64,000 nucleotides of DNA from the IMG/VR virus record IMGVR_UViG_3300042387_000230, positions 3,248 to 67,247 of that record; one strand, written 5' to 3'. Below the pieces are notes generated by a model, which saw nothing but the letters and a program-made list of their open reading frames with translations, was not told the DNA's origin and ran no database searches. How positions within the stretch are numbered: the stretch's first letter is position 1; every line of letters starts with the position of its first letter. This stretch comes from a virus. A program made the translations under genes and the position numbers. Below are positions 17,503 through 26,791 of the stretch, piece after piece.

Positions 17503-20500
17503 TTAATTCTTCCAGGCTGCTTCTAGTGCCAAGTTTAGTATTACGTATTGCTCTTGTTGGCTAGCAGTTAGTCCCTTAGGAATTACAATTTTAGGCGCAA
17601 CTTTATCTTTAGCACTTACGTCTACGATTTGTAGGTATTTACCGTCAGGGCTTTTCATGCCAGCCAAAAGCTCTAATGCTTCGGCAGTCCTAGCCGAGTT
17701 ATTTGCAGTCGTAGACAAGTCTTTTACCTCAACCGAGCTAGGCAGTAGTGACACCGTGGAAGGATTTCTATCACTGCTACCTGGGAATATATCCTTAGAC
17801 GAAAACATTCCAGTAGCGCTCCTAGATATTGTTCCGGTATTGAAGTCATACAATCCACCGTTATACAATCCCTGTAGATTTGCTTCCATTCCTTTACCAG
17901 GAGCTGCAATTTCCTGGTAAAGTGGAACTTGAGCTGCATACTTACTACCATCGGCTCGGGTGCGCGTCTCGTATCCAGTACCCCTTAAAAATTTAGTTGT
18001 CGTACCTTCTACGGCATTTCTAAGAATAGCTTGAGTATAGTCATTAAGGTTTTTAACTTTTGGCTTAGTCATTGCTAGTTCAATTGCTTCATCCGTAAAT
18101 CCACTTAGCAACTGCGAGTTAAAGAAATTTATTCCTTTTAGAGACCCCGTGCCTTTAATGTTATAATTTTTAGGATCATTTAATAGTTTAACTATGGCGC
18201 TAACCTGGTTGTTTGTAAGTTGCTCCGTGGTAACTTCTCTAACTACGTTCACGTCATCAATATTTTGAACTTGAACTTTTAGAGCATTTCCGCTAGAATC
18301 TAAAACTTTTGCAAAAGCAGCGTCTACCCCCGCCAAACCATCCTTGTCCTTGACAGCCAGTATAGCACTGCTAATACTTTCAGCTGTAGCAGTATTGTTA
18401 TAGAAAGAATAATTAGCCGCCGCACCTAAAAGCTTTTTCATAACTTCACTGCCAGCAGTGATTCCAGCGTCTTCAAACGCTACTCTAACTTGACTTAACT
18501 TATCTTTACTTGCTCCTGCTCCAGCTGCTATCTGGTCAGATACAGATCTTCTTTTTTGCACCTCTGCGGTTGCCTCGGACAAAGTGTATTTGCCCGTAGC
18601 CAGTAGTTTGGATATTTCGTCACTAACTTGAGCCGAAGTGGTCGATACACTCTGAGCAGTAATCTGTACTTTATCTGCAACTATCTGCTGACGTTTTTCC
18701 CTTGCAGCCTGAGCAGCGCCTTCAAATCCTTGAGTTATTGCGCCAACAATACCTAGTGCTAATCCTGGAATCATTCCACCAGGTATGAACATTGCAGCAC
18801 CGCCGATTGCAGTCATAGCACTTCCAGCAGTCATGCCTCCACCGGCTGCCCCAGCTATCAATCCCTGCGCGGCGAGTCCCACGCCAACAGCTCCCATAGC
18901 GCCAGGACCGCTATAAGTTCTACCGGCCGGCGTGCCAGCACCGCCCATTCTATTTATAAGATTTCTTTTTCTCAGAGACTCGTTGGTTGCATTAGCCGTG
19001 GCTAGACCCTCTTTTGCTGCAGCATTATTTGCTACGTCGGCAACAGTTTTTGCCTTCATTACAGTGTTATATTCTCTGACAGAGTTGACTACGTCTTTAA
19101 AGCTACTTTTTATAAGTCTAAGACCTGTAACTTTTTTCTTATCCTCAGTGCCAGAAGCCGTGCTAGCCGCAGTTTCACTTTTAACTGCCGTCATTTTTTG
19201 TTTAGTAGAGGTAGTAGCTTCTCTTATAGCCTGTCTATATACTTTTAATGCTCCAGTAACTCTGCCATATATTGTAGGCTTAGAAGCTAGTAGAGTGTTA
19301 TACTCCTTCATATTGTACTGTAAAGTGAAAAAGTCATTAGCGTTTCTATTCATAGCACGGTTGGCATTGCCTTGGTTGCGTATGAAGTTAGTCATGTTTC
19401 TACCCCACCTGCCCATTGGACGTTCTGAGGTAGCTAGAACAGTGTTAAATCTGGTACCAGCCTTTGCTAGACCTATAAACCCAGCGACACCTCCCCCAAT
19501 AGTAGCAGCTATTCTTCCAAGAATTGCCATAAAAATCATGCCAGCTAGTTTAAATACTATAATTGCTAGACCCACGGCTAAGACAACACCGTTAAACTGG
19601 CTTATCAAATCTATTAATGGTTTAAGGGGGGTCAATAAATTTACAAGAGTATCTGTAATAATTCTTAAAGTGTCGAAGAATATCTTTAAAGTACCACTAT
19701 CAGAAAAGAGTGCAAAAAGTTCCATCATAGAAACTATTAATGCAGCAAAAGCCGGAGCAGCTTTCACACCGTCCATAAGAATTTTAGTTAAGGCCGGGAA
19801 AGACTTTCCTAAGGTTTCCCAGAATTGCTTTATTTCTGGCCTACCAGATAGCTGTATAAAAATGTTAAGAAAATCGCCAATAACCCCTAGGGCAACCGTG
19901 GCATTAGTAGTAGTGTCCTTGAGCCACTTAGAAAATCCTTCAGCCCCGGTAAAGTTTTTGAATCCCTGAGCAATTCCATTGAGCCAGTCCAGCAATACTT
20001 GACCGGCACCCCCGCCGCCAGAAGGAAAATTAGCTTCCATTATGTTGCCTATGCCGTCAGCAAATGACCCGAATACATTTCCAATTTGAGAAGCAACATA
20101 CCCAGCTAAATCTAAGAATCTAGTAAGACTAGTATTCTTTGTCATAACTTCAAATCTAGCTGCTACGCTATCAATCCAAATTATAAATCTGTCAGTTAAA
20201 GGTTTAGACGCTCTCATCAAGTTTAAGAATCCACCCAGGAATTTGCTAGAAGCCTCCCCGAGTTGCCTTAGTCTAGGGGCGGAGTCTGTAAAGAAATCCT
20301 GGAGAGCTTTGACATTTTCCGGTTTATTAAAAGTATTTGCAAATTGAATTGAGGCATACCCCATAGCGGAGCCCAGTTGCTGGAATCCCCGCTCTAAGGT
20401 CGGGAAAGTTTTAGAGACTATAGTCTCTATTGCAGTTTGTAAAGGAGGTAAGAACGAAGAAGATGCTGCCTCTTTTAGGGCTTGAATCTGAGGCTTAAGT

Positions 20501-21390
20501 GTCAATAAAAATTTAGTAAACGCAATTTGCGACTTAGTCATGTTCCTAAATGGATTTGCCGCAGCTAACCTATCTTGCTGATCTCCACCACGCTTGATTG
20601 TGTCCTGTAAATCTTTTATTCTAGCTTTTGCGCGTCTATAGTTTAGGTCTGCTTGCTGGTAGGCAAGCTCGGCTTCTCGGCGGATCATATTGTCCGGAGG
20701 CAAATCCTGAGCCATGGCAAGCTGGGTTCTAGCTTTTTCAAGCTCAATTGCAGCTTCTTTTTCGCTCAACACCGCGCCTTCTAGTTCAAAGCGTAAGTCT
20801 CTAAGATCTCTTTTAGCATCTCTAAGAGCTTTATTGTATTGATTCTGACCGTTCCAAAGTTGACCTAAAGCTTTGCCAACTCCACTCATCGCTACTCTAG
20901 CAACAATAAATCCAGCGACTACTCCGACTAAAGCAGTACCAACACCGACAAAAGCATAGGCAGCTTGCGCAGCAACTCCGACTAGAGATAGGAATCCTCC
21001 GGCAAGGTCACCCAGCGTGCCAGCTAAAGCACCGAGTGCCGTCTGTAGAACAAAGCTTCTTCTCTGGAATTTTTGGAAAGACCTAAGAGCTAATACAGAT
21101 TCGTTGTCAGTCTTTTTAAATCCAGAACCAGCAACTTCTAAAGCATTTGCAAGAGACAATATTCCTGTCTCTCCGCGTCTTGTAGAAGCCTCAAGACCAG
21201 TATTAAATCCAGCCCTCAGCCTTCTACTTAAAGACTGCGCCATTCTGTCAGCATGTGTCATGCTGTCACCAAATATGCTTATTCGCTCGTTCATTCTGTC
21301 TATAGAGTCGCGAGTCTTTTTTATATTTTTTTCGGCGTTTTTAGTGTTTATATGCAAATCACCGTGAGCATCAAATACTTTAGTTGACAT
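17503..21390 (-). CDS. Tape measure protein
   Basis: 1295 aa, Ala/Gly-rich helical sequence with hydrophobic segments and a coiled coil, directly after the tail chaperones. Confidence 0.88.
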   Translation of the reverse strand: MSTKVFDAHGDLHINTKNAEKNIKKTRDSIDRMNERISIFGDSMTHADRMAQSLSRRLRAGFNTGLEASTRRGETGILSLANALEVAGSGFKKTDNESVLALRSFQKFQRRSFVLQTALGALAGTLGDLAGGFLSLVGVAAQAAYAFVGVGTALVGVVAGFIVARVAMSGVGKALGQLWNGQNQYNKALRDAKRDLRDLRFELEGAVLSEKEAAIELEKARTQLAMAQDLPPDNMIRREAELAYQQADLNYRRAKARIKDLQDTIKRGGDQQDRLAAANPFRNMTKSQIAFTKFLLTLKPQIQALKEAASSSFLPPLQTAIETIVSKTFPTLERGFQQLGSAMGYASIQFANTFNKPENVKALQDFFTDSAPRLRQLGEASSKFLGGFLNLMRASKPLTDRFIIWIDSVAARFEVMTKNTSLTRFLDLAGYVASQIGNVFGSFADGIGNIMEANFPSGGGGAGQVLLDWLNGIAQGFKNFTGAEGFSKWLKDTTTNATVALGVIGDFLNIFIQLSGRPEIKQFWETLGKSFPALTKILMDGVKAAPAFAALIVSMMELFALFSDSGTLKIFFDTLRIITDTLVNLLTPLKPLIDLISQFNGVVLAVGLAIIVFKLAGMIFMAILGRIAATIGGGVAGFIGLAKAGTRFNTVLATSERPMGRWGRNMTNFIRNQGNANRAMNRNANDFFTLQYNMKEYNTLLASKPTIYGRVTGALKVYRQAIREATTSTKQKMTAVKSETAASTASGTEDKKKVTGLRLIKSSFKDVVNSVREYNTVMKAKTVADVANNAAAKEGLATANATNESLRKRNLINRMGGAGTPAGRTYSGPGAMGAVGVGLAAQGLIAGAAGGGMTAGSAMTAIGGAAMFIPGGMIPGLALGIVGAITQGFEGAAQAAREKRQQIVADKVQITAQSVSTTSAQVSDEISKLLATGKYTLSEATAEVQKRRSVSDQIAAGAGASKDKLSQVRVAFEDAGITAGSEVMKKLLGAAANYSFYNNTATAESISSAILAVKDKDGLAGVDAAFAKVLDSSGNALKVQVQNIDDVNVVREVTTEQLTNNQVSAIVKLLNDPKNYNIKGTGSLKGINFFNSQLLSGFTDEAIELAMTKPKVKNLNDYTQAILRNAVEGTTTKFLRGTGYETRTRADGSKYAAQVPLYQEIAAPGKGMEANLQGLYNGGLYDFNTGTISRSATGMFSSKDIFPGSSDRNPSTVSLLPSSVEVKDLSTTANNSARTAEALELLAGMKSPDGKYLQIVDVSAKDKVAPKIVIPKGLTASQQEQYVILNLALEAAWKN

Positions 21391-21409
21391 TTTTCGTTCT
21401 CACCTCCTT

Positions 21410-21850
21410 CTAGTTAATTGGTGAATCTAATACGGAACCAAACGGCTTAATGTCATCTGCCGACATTGCTGTTGGGGGGGTGTAGGGCTTGGCCACCTTT
21501 TCTCTAGGAGAAAACACTTTAATATTTTCTTCTCGACCTAGTTGGTCATCAGAGGTTAGGGGGTCATCTAGAGAGTCTAAACCTGAAGCGTTGTTACTTC
21601 GCTTAGAAGCATATTTATATTCTTTTTTATAAAACTCTCTATAAATATTTGTCCTAAATGCGTCCATAAAAACAGTTTGTTCCTCAGACACATATCGAAC
21701 GTCTTCTTCAAAAAAGAAGTGGAAAGTGTCTAGCATGTCAGATGCCTCCATACTCGCTAGACTCATTCCACTCATCAATCCTTTACCGTTTACGTATGGC
21801 CATAGGTCAACAGCCCACTGAATAAGACCTATGACCGCATCTCGGGGCGG
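21410..21850 (-). CDS. Tail assembly chaperone, downstream (frameshifted, gpGT-like) part
   Basis: The frame is open from 21850 (PPRDAVIGLIQWAVDLWPYVNGKGLMSG...) and overlaps the end of the upstream chaperone in the -1 frame. Confidence 0.7.
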   Translation of the reverse strand, partial: PPRDAVIGLIQWAVDLWPYVNGKGLMSGMSLASMEASDMLDTFHFFFEEDVRYVSEEQTVFMDAFRTNIYREFYKKEYKYASKRSNNASGLDSLDDPLTSDDQLGREENIKVFSPREKVAKPYTPPTAMSADDIKPFGSVLDSPIN

Positions 21851-22158
21851 TCAGAATATTGCTCCACCAACCAACCCGTGATTTCTCCCAATGTCTCCAC
21901 CGAGACAATTTTGTCTTTACTAACTAAAAGAGTGTTAAATCTTTCATAGCTGTCGGAGGTCATAACTTTAGAGAAGAACTTGTTTGAAACCTCAGCATTT
22001 CTTACAGCATCGTCAGAGCTAGAGTCAGCAATCAAATCTAATAGCACTTTGCCCTGAATTTCAGGAATGCACTCAAACTCTTCTCCGTGAATAACGAATT
22101 TAATCGGTTCAGCATTAGGGTCTGCGCCACCAATACCAAAGTCCTTGAATTTTGCCAT
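21829..22158 (-). CDS. Tail assembly chaperone (gpG-like)
   Basis: 109-aa acidic protein two ORFs before the tape measure gene; ends WLVEQYSDRP. Confidence 0.8.
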   Translation of the reverse strand: MAKFKDFGIGGADPNAEPIKFVIHGEEFECIPEIQGKVLLDLIADSSSDDAVRNAEVSNKFFSKVMTSDSYERFNTLLVSKDKIVSVETLGEITGWLVEQYSDRPEMRS

Positions 22159-22194
22159 CTTTTATCCTTTGTTATCTATCATTAGGTGACTAAA

Positions 22195-22626
22195 TTAGTC
22201 ACGTATATATTTTACGCTATCTGACAGATACCTATTTGGCTTAGTTCCAGGATGACGCACTTTACGGGCTAATACTGACCCGTCGGCAAGAACGTTCCAG
22301 CCCTTACGAGCAGAAGGCTTAGAAGGTTTAAATTTCAAAAACTTGTGGTTTTTCGGGGTAATAATGTGTGGTCTAGTGCCCTCGTGGTGTAGTAGCGCGT
22401 ATGGTACAGAAGACCCAATTTGAATTTTTTGGCCGAGTAAAGACCTTTTGTGCCCATATACCCTAATAGATCTACGAAGTCTCCCGGTGTTAAATCCCGC
22501 CTGTGCCCTGGCTGCATCCCTAAGTCTTTTGGCTTTTTTCTCTAAGTATCGGCCTGTATCTCCACTAGGGCTATTTAAAAGTTTATCGATTTCAGGGTAG
22601 TTAAATGTAGTGATGATTTTTGCCAT
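22195..22626 (-). CDS. HK97 gp10-like neck/tail-completion protein
   Basis: TGRLRRSI, YALLHHEGT and HPGTKPNRYL motifs. The true start is probably MAKII at 22626 (TAATG coupling). Confidence 0.8.
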   Translation of the reverse strand: MAKIITTFNYPEIDKLLNSPSGDTGRYLEKKAKRLRDAARAQAGFNTGRLRRSIRVYGHKRSLLGQKIQIGSSVPYALLHHEGTRPHIITPKNHKFLKFKPSKPSARKGWNVLADGSVLARKVRHPGTKPNRYLSDSVKYIRD

Positions 22627-23132
22627 TATGGCACCGCCATCACGATTTCCATACTTACCATCTGGAACCCGCCCAGAGGCTCCTGGGCATCTAGGGTAGC
22701 AATGACACCCAAGCCGTAGCCGGTGTCGTCCCACATATCAAACTCTCGTACTGACTCCATCAGAATCCAGGAATCGATTGCAGACATGTTGGAAGCCTGC
22801 TGAATCTTTTCGGGGCTAGGCGGTCTACCGTTTTGCCCGACTACAGGGAACTCCCTGGCAATAGTTATAGTTAGAGTCACAGTCCTAGGGACGTTGCAAC
22901 GCTGGGGCTCTCCGGCAGGAACGCCGGGTGCACCTAAGTACAGCTGATTGAATGCCACTACCATCTGCTCGCAGTCAACTACAGGGGTGCCCATAGTCCA
23001 GTATTGGCGACTCGGCAGTGGAACGTTATAGGACTGGTAGACAGAAACCACTCGATCAACTGCGCCGTCGAGTAAGTTTTTTAAATGCAGAGCATCCTCT
23101 GAATATCCTGTAACGTCCACTGCCGTAGTCAT
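22626..23132 (-). CDS. Putative tail terminator / head-tail joining protein
   Basis: 168 aa in the connector cluster; called from position only. Confidence 0.55.
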   Translation of the reverse strand: MTTAVDVTGYSEDALHLKNLLDGAVDRVVSVYQSYNVPLPSRQYWTMGTPVVDCEQMVVAFNQLYLGAPGVPAGEPQRCNVPRTVTLTITIAREFPVVGQNGRPPSPEKIQQASNMSAIDSWILMESVREFDMWDDTGYGLGVIATLDAQEPLGGFQMVSMEIVMAVP

Positions 23133-23134
23133 AA

Positions 23135-23326
23135 TTACTCCGCGGCTGCTTCTTCAGCAACGACCTCTACAGGTGCCTCCACTACAGCGTCAACAACTAC
23201 AGGCTCTTCAACCTTAGCTGGCTTAGCTGGCTTGGCTGGCTTTGCAGCGGCCTTAGCAGTAGATGATGCAGGCTTAGCTGCACCAATCATGTCTACTGCG
23301 CGGAAGTTAGTCTGAATTCCTGACAT
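23135..23326 (-). CDS. Small Ala/Lys/Glu-rich hypothetical protein
   Basis: GAAGG RBS; AKP repeats followed by an acidic tail. Confidence 0.65.
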   Translation of the reverse strand: MSGIQTNFRAVDMIGAAKPASSTAKAAAKPAKPAKPAKVEEPVVVDAVVEAPVEVVAEEAAAE

Positions 23327-23343
23327 AACTTACCTTCTTTCTT

Positions 23344-24450
23344 CTAGCTGTATAACTTGATCTGGAGGTTACCAGAAGCAAGCTCCATTACACTCTCAAT
23401 ACCGTTAACGGTCTTGGTAGCGTAAAGAGTCCATGAACCAGGGTCTACCATTCCGATAGCCCTCTGGGCGTCTACGTAAGGAACCGATATGTCGACTCTT
23501 CCGGTAGTTTCGTTTACAGTTATGTATTGAGATTCTAAATCGAGAGACTTAGCCTCGCTGTAGTTAAACATAGTAAATACTGGCAGCCACCCGTTATCTC
23601 CAATAAAGGTAGACGTGTCGACGCCAGCAGTGACCGAGTTCCAAGTAGCAGGGGTGTTTCTGACTACTGAAAGGTCCATCAGTGCATTGGCTGTTAGTGG
23701 AGGAGCCTTAGGGGTGTAGCGACGAGCCCTAGGCTGGTCTGGCGAGAACACCTTAGCTCGAGCCTTAGCCTTGTCAGGGTTTACGGTCTTTAGGAATAGG
23801 TCTACCGCATAAAGACCGGTACGTACTTCCTCAATAAAATCTTGGCTGTCTAGTAGGGTGTAAGAAACGCCCTGACGCGAAATAGAAGTAATGCGCTGAG
23901 GTAGAGCGCAGTCATCATCTCCGGCCCAAAGTTTTGCAAACTCAATTGCAAGAGTGCGAGCCGCCATCTTTCCGGCTGTTGGTGGCTCAGCGCCGTAGGT
24001 GTAAGTAATCTCGACGTTACAAGGAGTCCACGGAACACCTGCCGCTGCTTGAAGTGTAGAGTGGTCAACTAGATAATATGAACTCTCTTCGAGAATGCGT
24101 CCGTCTCTAGTTCTGACAGAGTGAATCTTTGTCACAGGGCGTCCGCGAAGTTTGATACGTGATTCGGGAGAGAGTCCATCCGAAACCAACTCAGCGTACT
24201 CCTGAAAGTCGGTAATCGGAATGTTGTAAACTTCACCAGCAATTAGGACGCCGTAATAGTTTTTAGAAGAAGGACCTAGTCGGTAAGCACGCTTAGCACA
24301 AACATAGCGTTCAGTTACCGTTGTGGTTCCAGTAAACTTTCTACCTGACATAGCCCACATTAAGTACGAGGCAGTCTGAGCGGCCTCGAGCGCAAACTCG
24401 GTTCCTGCATAGTCGCCAAGTTCTTCAGGTTCTACCCAAAGTGAAGTCAC
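23344..24450 (-). CDS. Head-to-tail adaptor
   Basis: ASYLMWAMSGRKF, ITYTYG..PP and CALPQRITSISRQGVS motifs as in actinophage adaptors; AGGAG RBS, GTG start. Confidence 0.78.
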   Translation of the reverse strand: MTSLWVEPEELGDYAGTEFALEAAQTASYLMWAMSGRKFTGTTTVTERYVCAKRAYRLGPSSKNYYGVLIAGEVYNIPITDFQEYAELVSDGLSPESRIKLRGRPVTKIHSVRTRDGRILEESSYYLVDHSTLQAAAGVPWTPCNVEITYTYGAEPPTAGKMAARTLAIEFAKLWAGDDDCALPQRITSISRQGVSYTLLDSQDFIEEVRTGLYAVDLFLKTVNPDKAKARAKVFSPDQPRARRYTPKAPPLTANALMDLSVVRNTPATWNSVTAGVDTSTFIGDNGWLPVFTMFNYSEAKSLDLESQYITVNETTGRVDISVPYVDAQRAIGMVDPGSWTLYATKTVNGIESVMELASGNLQIKLYS

Positions 24451-24470
24451 TTTATTCTCCTACTAGTAGT

Positions 24471-24512
24471 ACGGGCGGTACATCTCTGTAAACAGAAAGA
24501 TGCACCGCCCGT
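24471..24512 (-). terminator. Long hairpin after the major tail gene
   Basis: ACGGGCGGTaCATCT...AGATGcACCGCCCGT stem with no U-tract. Confidence 0.55.
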
Positions 24513-24524
24513 CCAAGGTTGATA

Positions 24525-25598
24525 CTAGGCCGAAAGGTCCTCGTTCGAAACGATGATTCGGTCAATGGCGTTGTCTGGGTTAAAGTCCTTGTTTCCAGGA
24601 ACGTTGTAACCACCAGTGGTTGCACCGCTAACCGCTTCTAGAGCAGCTGAGGTTACCTCAGTGTAGCTTCCAGCAGCAGCAGGCTCGTTGATTGGGTTAG
24701 CAACCGTAGCCTCACCGGCAGGGCTTACAGCAGCCGAGACTACGTTAGATGCAGTCTTAGCATAAGTGAAGGTTACAGTTGTAGGTGCACTAGCAACGGT
24801 GTAGGTACCGTTAAAGGTTGCGTCTACGTCCTCAACAAGAACCGAGTCACCCTGAACAAAGCCGTGAGCAGCAGATGTGGTTAGGGTAGCAACGTTGTTG
24901 GTAAGAGCCTTGTTAGAAACAGCAGCAACAAGACCGCTGTTCCAAGTGTAGAAGCCCTTAAGACCAACAGGTGCCCAGTCGGTGCGTGCGTACGAGTATG
25001 GACGCTCTGCAGCAACAGGGAACTCCCAGCGCATGTCTGGACCTGAAGCAAATAGAGAGTTGCCCAAGCCATAGCCTTCGAAAGTAGTTGCAAGCATACC
25101 GTTCTCAATTACACGGTCGCCAGACTGACGGAGCTTTGCGTATGGGAATACCCAGTGGAAGTAAGGAAGCGTGGTTGCCTTCTTACCGTCACGGATAGCG
25201 TGTGACCAAGCCTCGATAGCAACACCGAAACCAGCAGGGTCGTCGCCAACTGCAGGAGCAGCCCAACCAATGCTCTTGCTTACGTTATTGACGTCCTTAC
25301 GGAGCAATAGACCGCCTGAGATTAGGTTAGATAGTTCTGGGTCTGGCTCACAAATTGCAAGCTCCATGGTAATACGCTTTAGGGTGTCTGGTGACTTGTA
25401 GGTAACACAAACAACGCCGTTAGCGTTCTTTTCGGTGATCTCGTCGCCCTCTTCATATTCTGGGGTGAACGATACACGCATAAATGCTGACGTGGTGTAG
25501 CTGTCGCCAGCACCAGTCAGTAGGTTGCCAGCGGCGTCCAATCGGGTGACACGAATCGACACACCCTGGATGCTAGCAGCATAATCTTGAGTAGCCAT
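24525..25598 (-). CDS. Major tail protein with inserted HGFxxGD module
   Basis: RVTRLDAAG, YEEGDEITEKNANG..CV and YFHWVFP motifs as in actinophage major tail proteins; AAGGAG RBS. Confidence 0.82.
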   Translation of the reverse strand: MATQDYAASIQGVSIRVTRLDAAGNLLTGAGDSYTTSAFMRVSFTPEYEEGDEITEKNANGVVCVTYKSPDTLKRITMELAICEPDPELSNLISGGLLLRKDVNNVSKSIGWAAPAVGDDPAGFGVAIEAWSHAIRDGKKATTLPYFHWVFPYAKLRQSGDRVIENGMLATTFEGYGLGNSLFASGPDMRWEFPVAAERPYSYARTDWAPVGLKGFYTWNSGLVAAVSNKALTNNVATLTTSAAHGFVQGDSVLVEDVDATFNGTYTVASAPTTVTFTYAKTASNVVSAAVSPAGEATVANPINEPAAAGSYTEVTSAALEAVSGATTGGYNVPGNKDFNPDNAIDRIIVSNEDLSA

Positions 25599-25617
25599 TT
25601 AGCTATTCTCCTTAGGT

Positions 25618-26709
25618 TTAGGCTGTAAGATCAATTCTTACAGCGAGGTGGATTGATGTATCAAAGTAAACCGCCGCTGGGCGAATTGCTTTGAGACGCA
25701 TGTCATTCGCATTACCCGACACATCATAAGCTTGCGCTAGATTGTCGTTCACGACATCGATATCGCCCAAATAGGTGCGGACGGTACCGGTGGCGTAAAT
25801 CCATTTTGCAGAGCTGGTTCCCAGCTGCTGAATGTAGCCAGTAACCGCTTCCTGAGAGCGGTTGGTGGCGCTTGCAATAGTAAGTGTTACTGTGTCAGCG
25901 TCAACTTTGGTGACGACTGCTGTAGAAGTAGAAGACTGGTTGATGTTCGCTCCGACAACGGAGTAGCGAACAGTGTCGCCTGCAAGTAGGTAGTGAGGGC
26001 CAGACGTGTTAATGGTCAGCGTAGTGTTACTGGTAATAGTTGCAGTAGCGGCATCAATACGAGGACCGTTGCCAGTATAGCCTCCACCAACAACAACAGG
26101 TGTGCCACCCATAGTTTGTAGGTGGTCTTTTTCGGTTTCGTGAAATAGCATGTTTGAGTTGCTCGAAAGAAGGGCAACTACGTCGCGAGTTGCGTGAATA
26201 ACTCCCTGCTCGCCAGCATCTGATGCCAGACCAATACCATTCTCTAGCACTGCTAGGGCACGCCTTGCTGTAAGCCCTGAACCATCGAGCACGGTGGTAC
26301 CAGAAGAAACTAAAGCTCGGTTAGCGTGACCTTCGCCAATTCGGATATCTCCATCCCAAAGTTCCTGCTCCATACTGTGCTGAGTGACAGCTTCAAGTTG
26401 ACGCTTTAAACGAGCAATACGGTCTAAGCCCATAAAACCTAGGGTTGAACGAAGCTCCTCTGCTTCAATGAACCAAGGCTTAATTTCTGTGTAGTAAGTA
26501 GGAGTGCCAGCAACAACTACTTGACCGCTAGTGGAGTCAGTGTCGTCCCAGTTAGTCGCTGAGTAAAGTGTTGTTTCCCACTCCTGTGAGAACCCACGGA
26601 CCCACTGGTCTTCGTTGGCTGAGTTTTGAGGCTTTACTACAGCGAGTAGACCAAAAGCGGAAGGCACAATCTTTGGTGCCTCGATAACGCCATTCTTTGG
26701 GAAAGCCAT
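25618..26709 (-). CDS. Second capsid protein (pentamer/minor capsid-like)
   Basis: Directly follows the major capsid gene; FGLL, EQELWDG, GTPVVVGGGY and WIYATG motifs. Resembles the hexamer+pentamer gene pair of Rosebush-like actinophages (inference). Confidence 0.6.
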   Translation of the reverse strand: MAFPKNGVIEAPKIVPSAFGLLAVVKPQNSANEDQWVRGFSQEWETTLYSATNWDDTDSTSGQVVVAGTPTYYTEIKPWFIEAEELRSTLGFMGLDRIARLKRQLEAVTQHSMEQELWDGDIRIGEGHANRALVSSGTTVLDGSGLTARRALAVLENGIGLASDAGEQGVIHATRDVVALLSSNSNMLFHETEKDHLQTMGGTPVVVGGGYTGNGPRIDAATATITSNTTLTINTSGPHYLLAGDTVRYSVVGANINQSSTSTAVVTKVDADTVTLTIASATNRSQEAVTGYIQQLGTSSAKWIYATGTVRTYLGDIDVVNDNLAQAYDVSGNANDMRLKAIRPAAVYFDTSIHLAVRIDLTA

Positions 26710-26749
26710 TTTAATCCTTAAATGTAAAGTCTAAGTTTTGCCGTATGTA

Positions 26750-26769
26750 GCGGCCCCCGAAGGGGCCGC
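26750..26769 (-). terminator. Hairpin after the major capsid gene
   Basis: GCGGCCCC-TTCG-GGGGCCGC on the minus strand (UUCG loop). Confidence 0.7.
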
Positions 26770-26791
26770 CACACGCGGACTTGAGAGGTTT

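Noticed and set aside
18932-19969. 345-aa plus-strand ORF (and the many other plus-strand ORFs between 1 and 62.5 kb)
   Set aside because: Antisense shadows of long minus-strand genes, with no recognisable motifs.
22627-22734. N-terminal extension of the 179-aa ORF
   Set aside because: It overlaps the upstream gene; a coupled ATG at 22626 gives a more plausible start.
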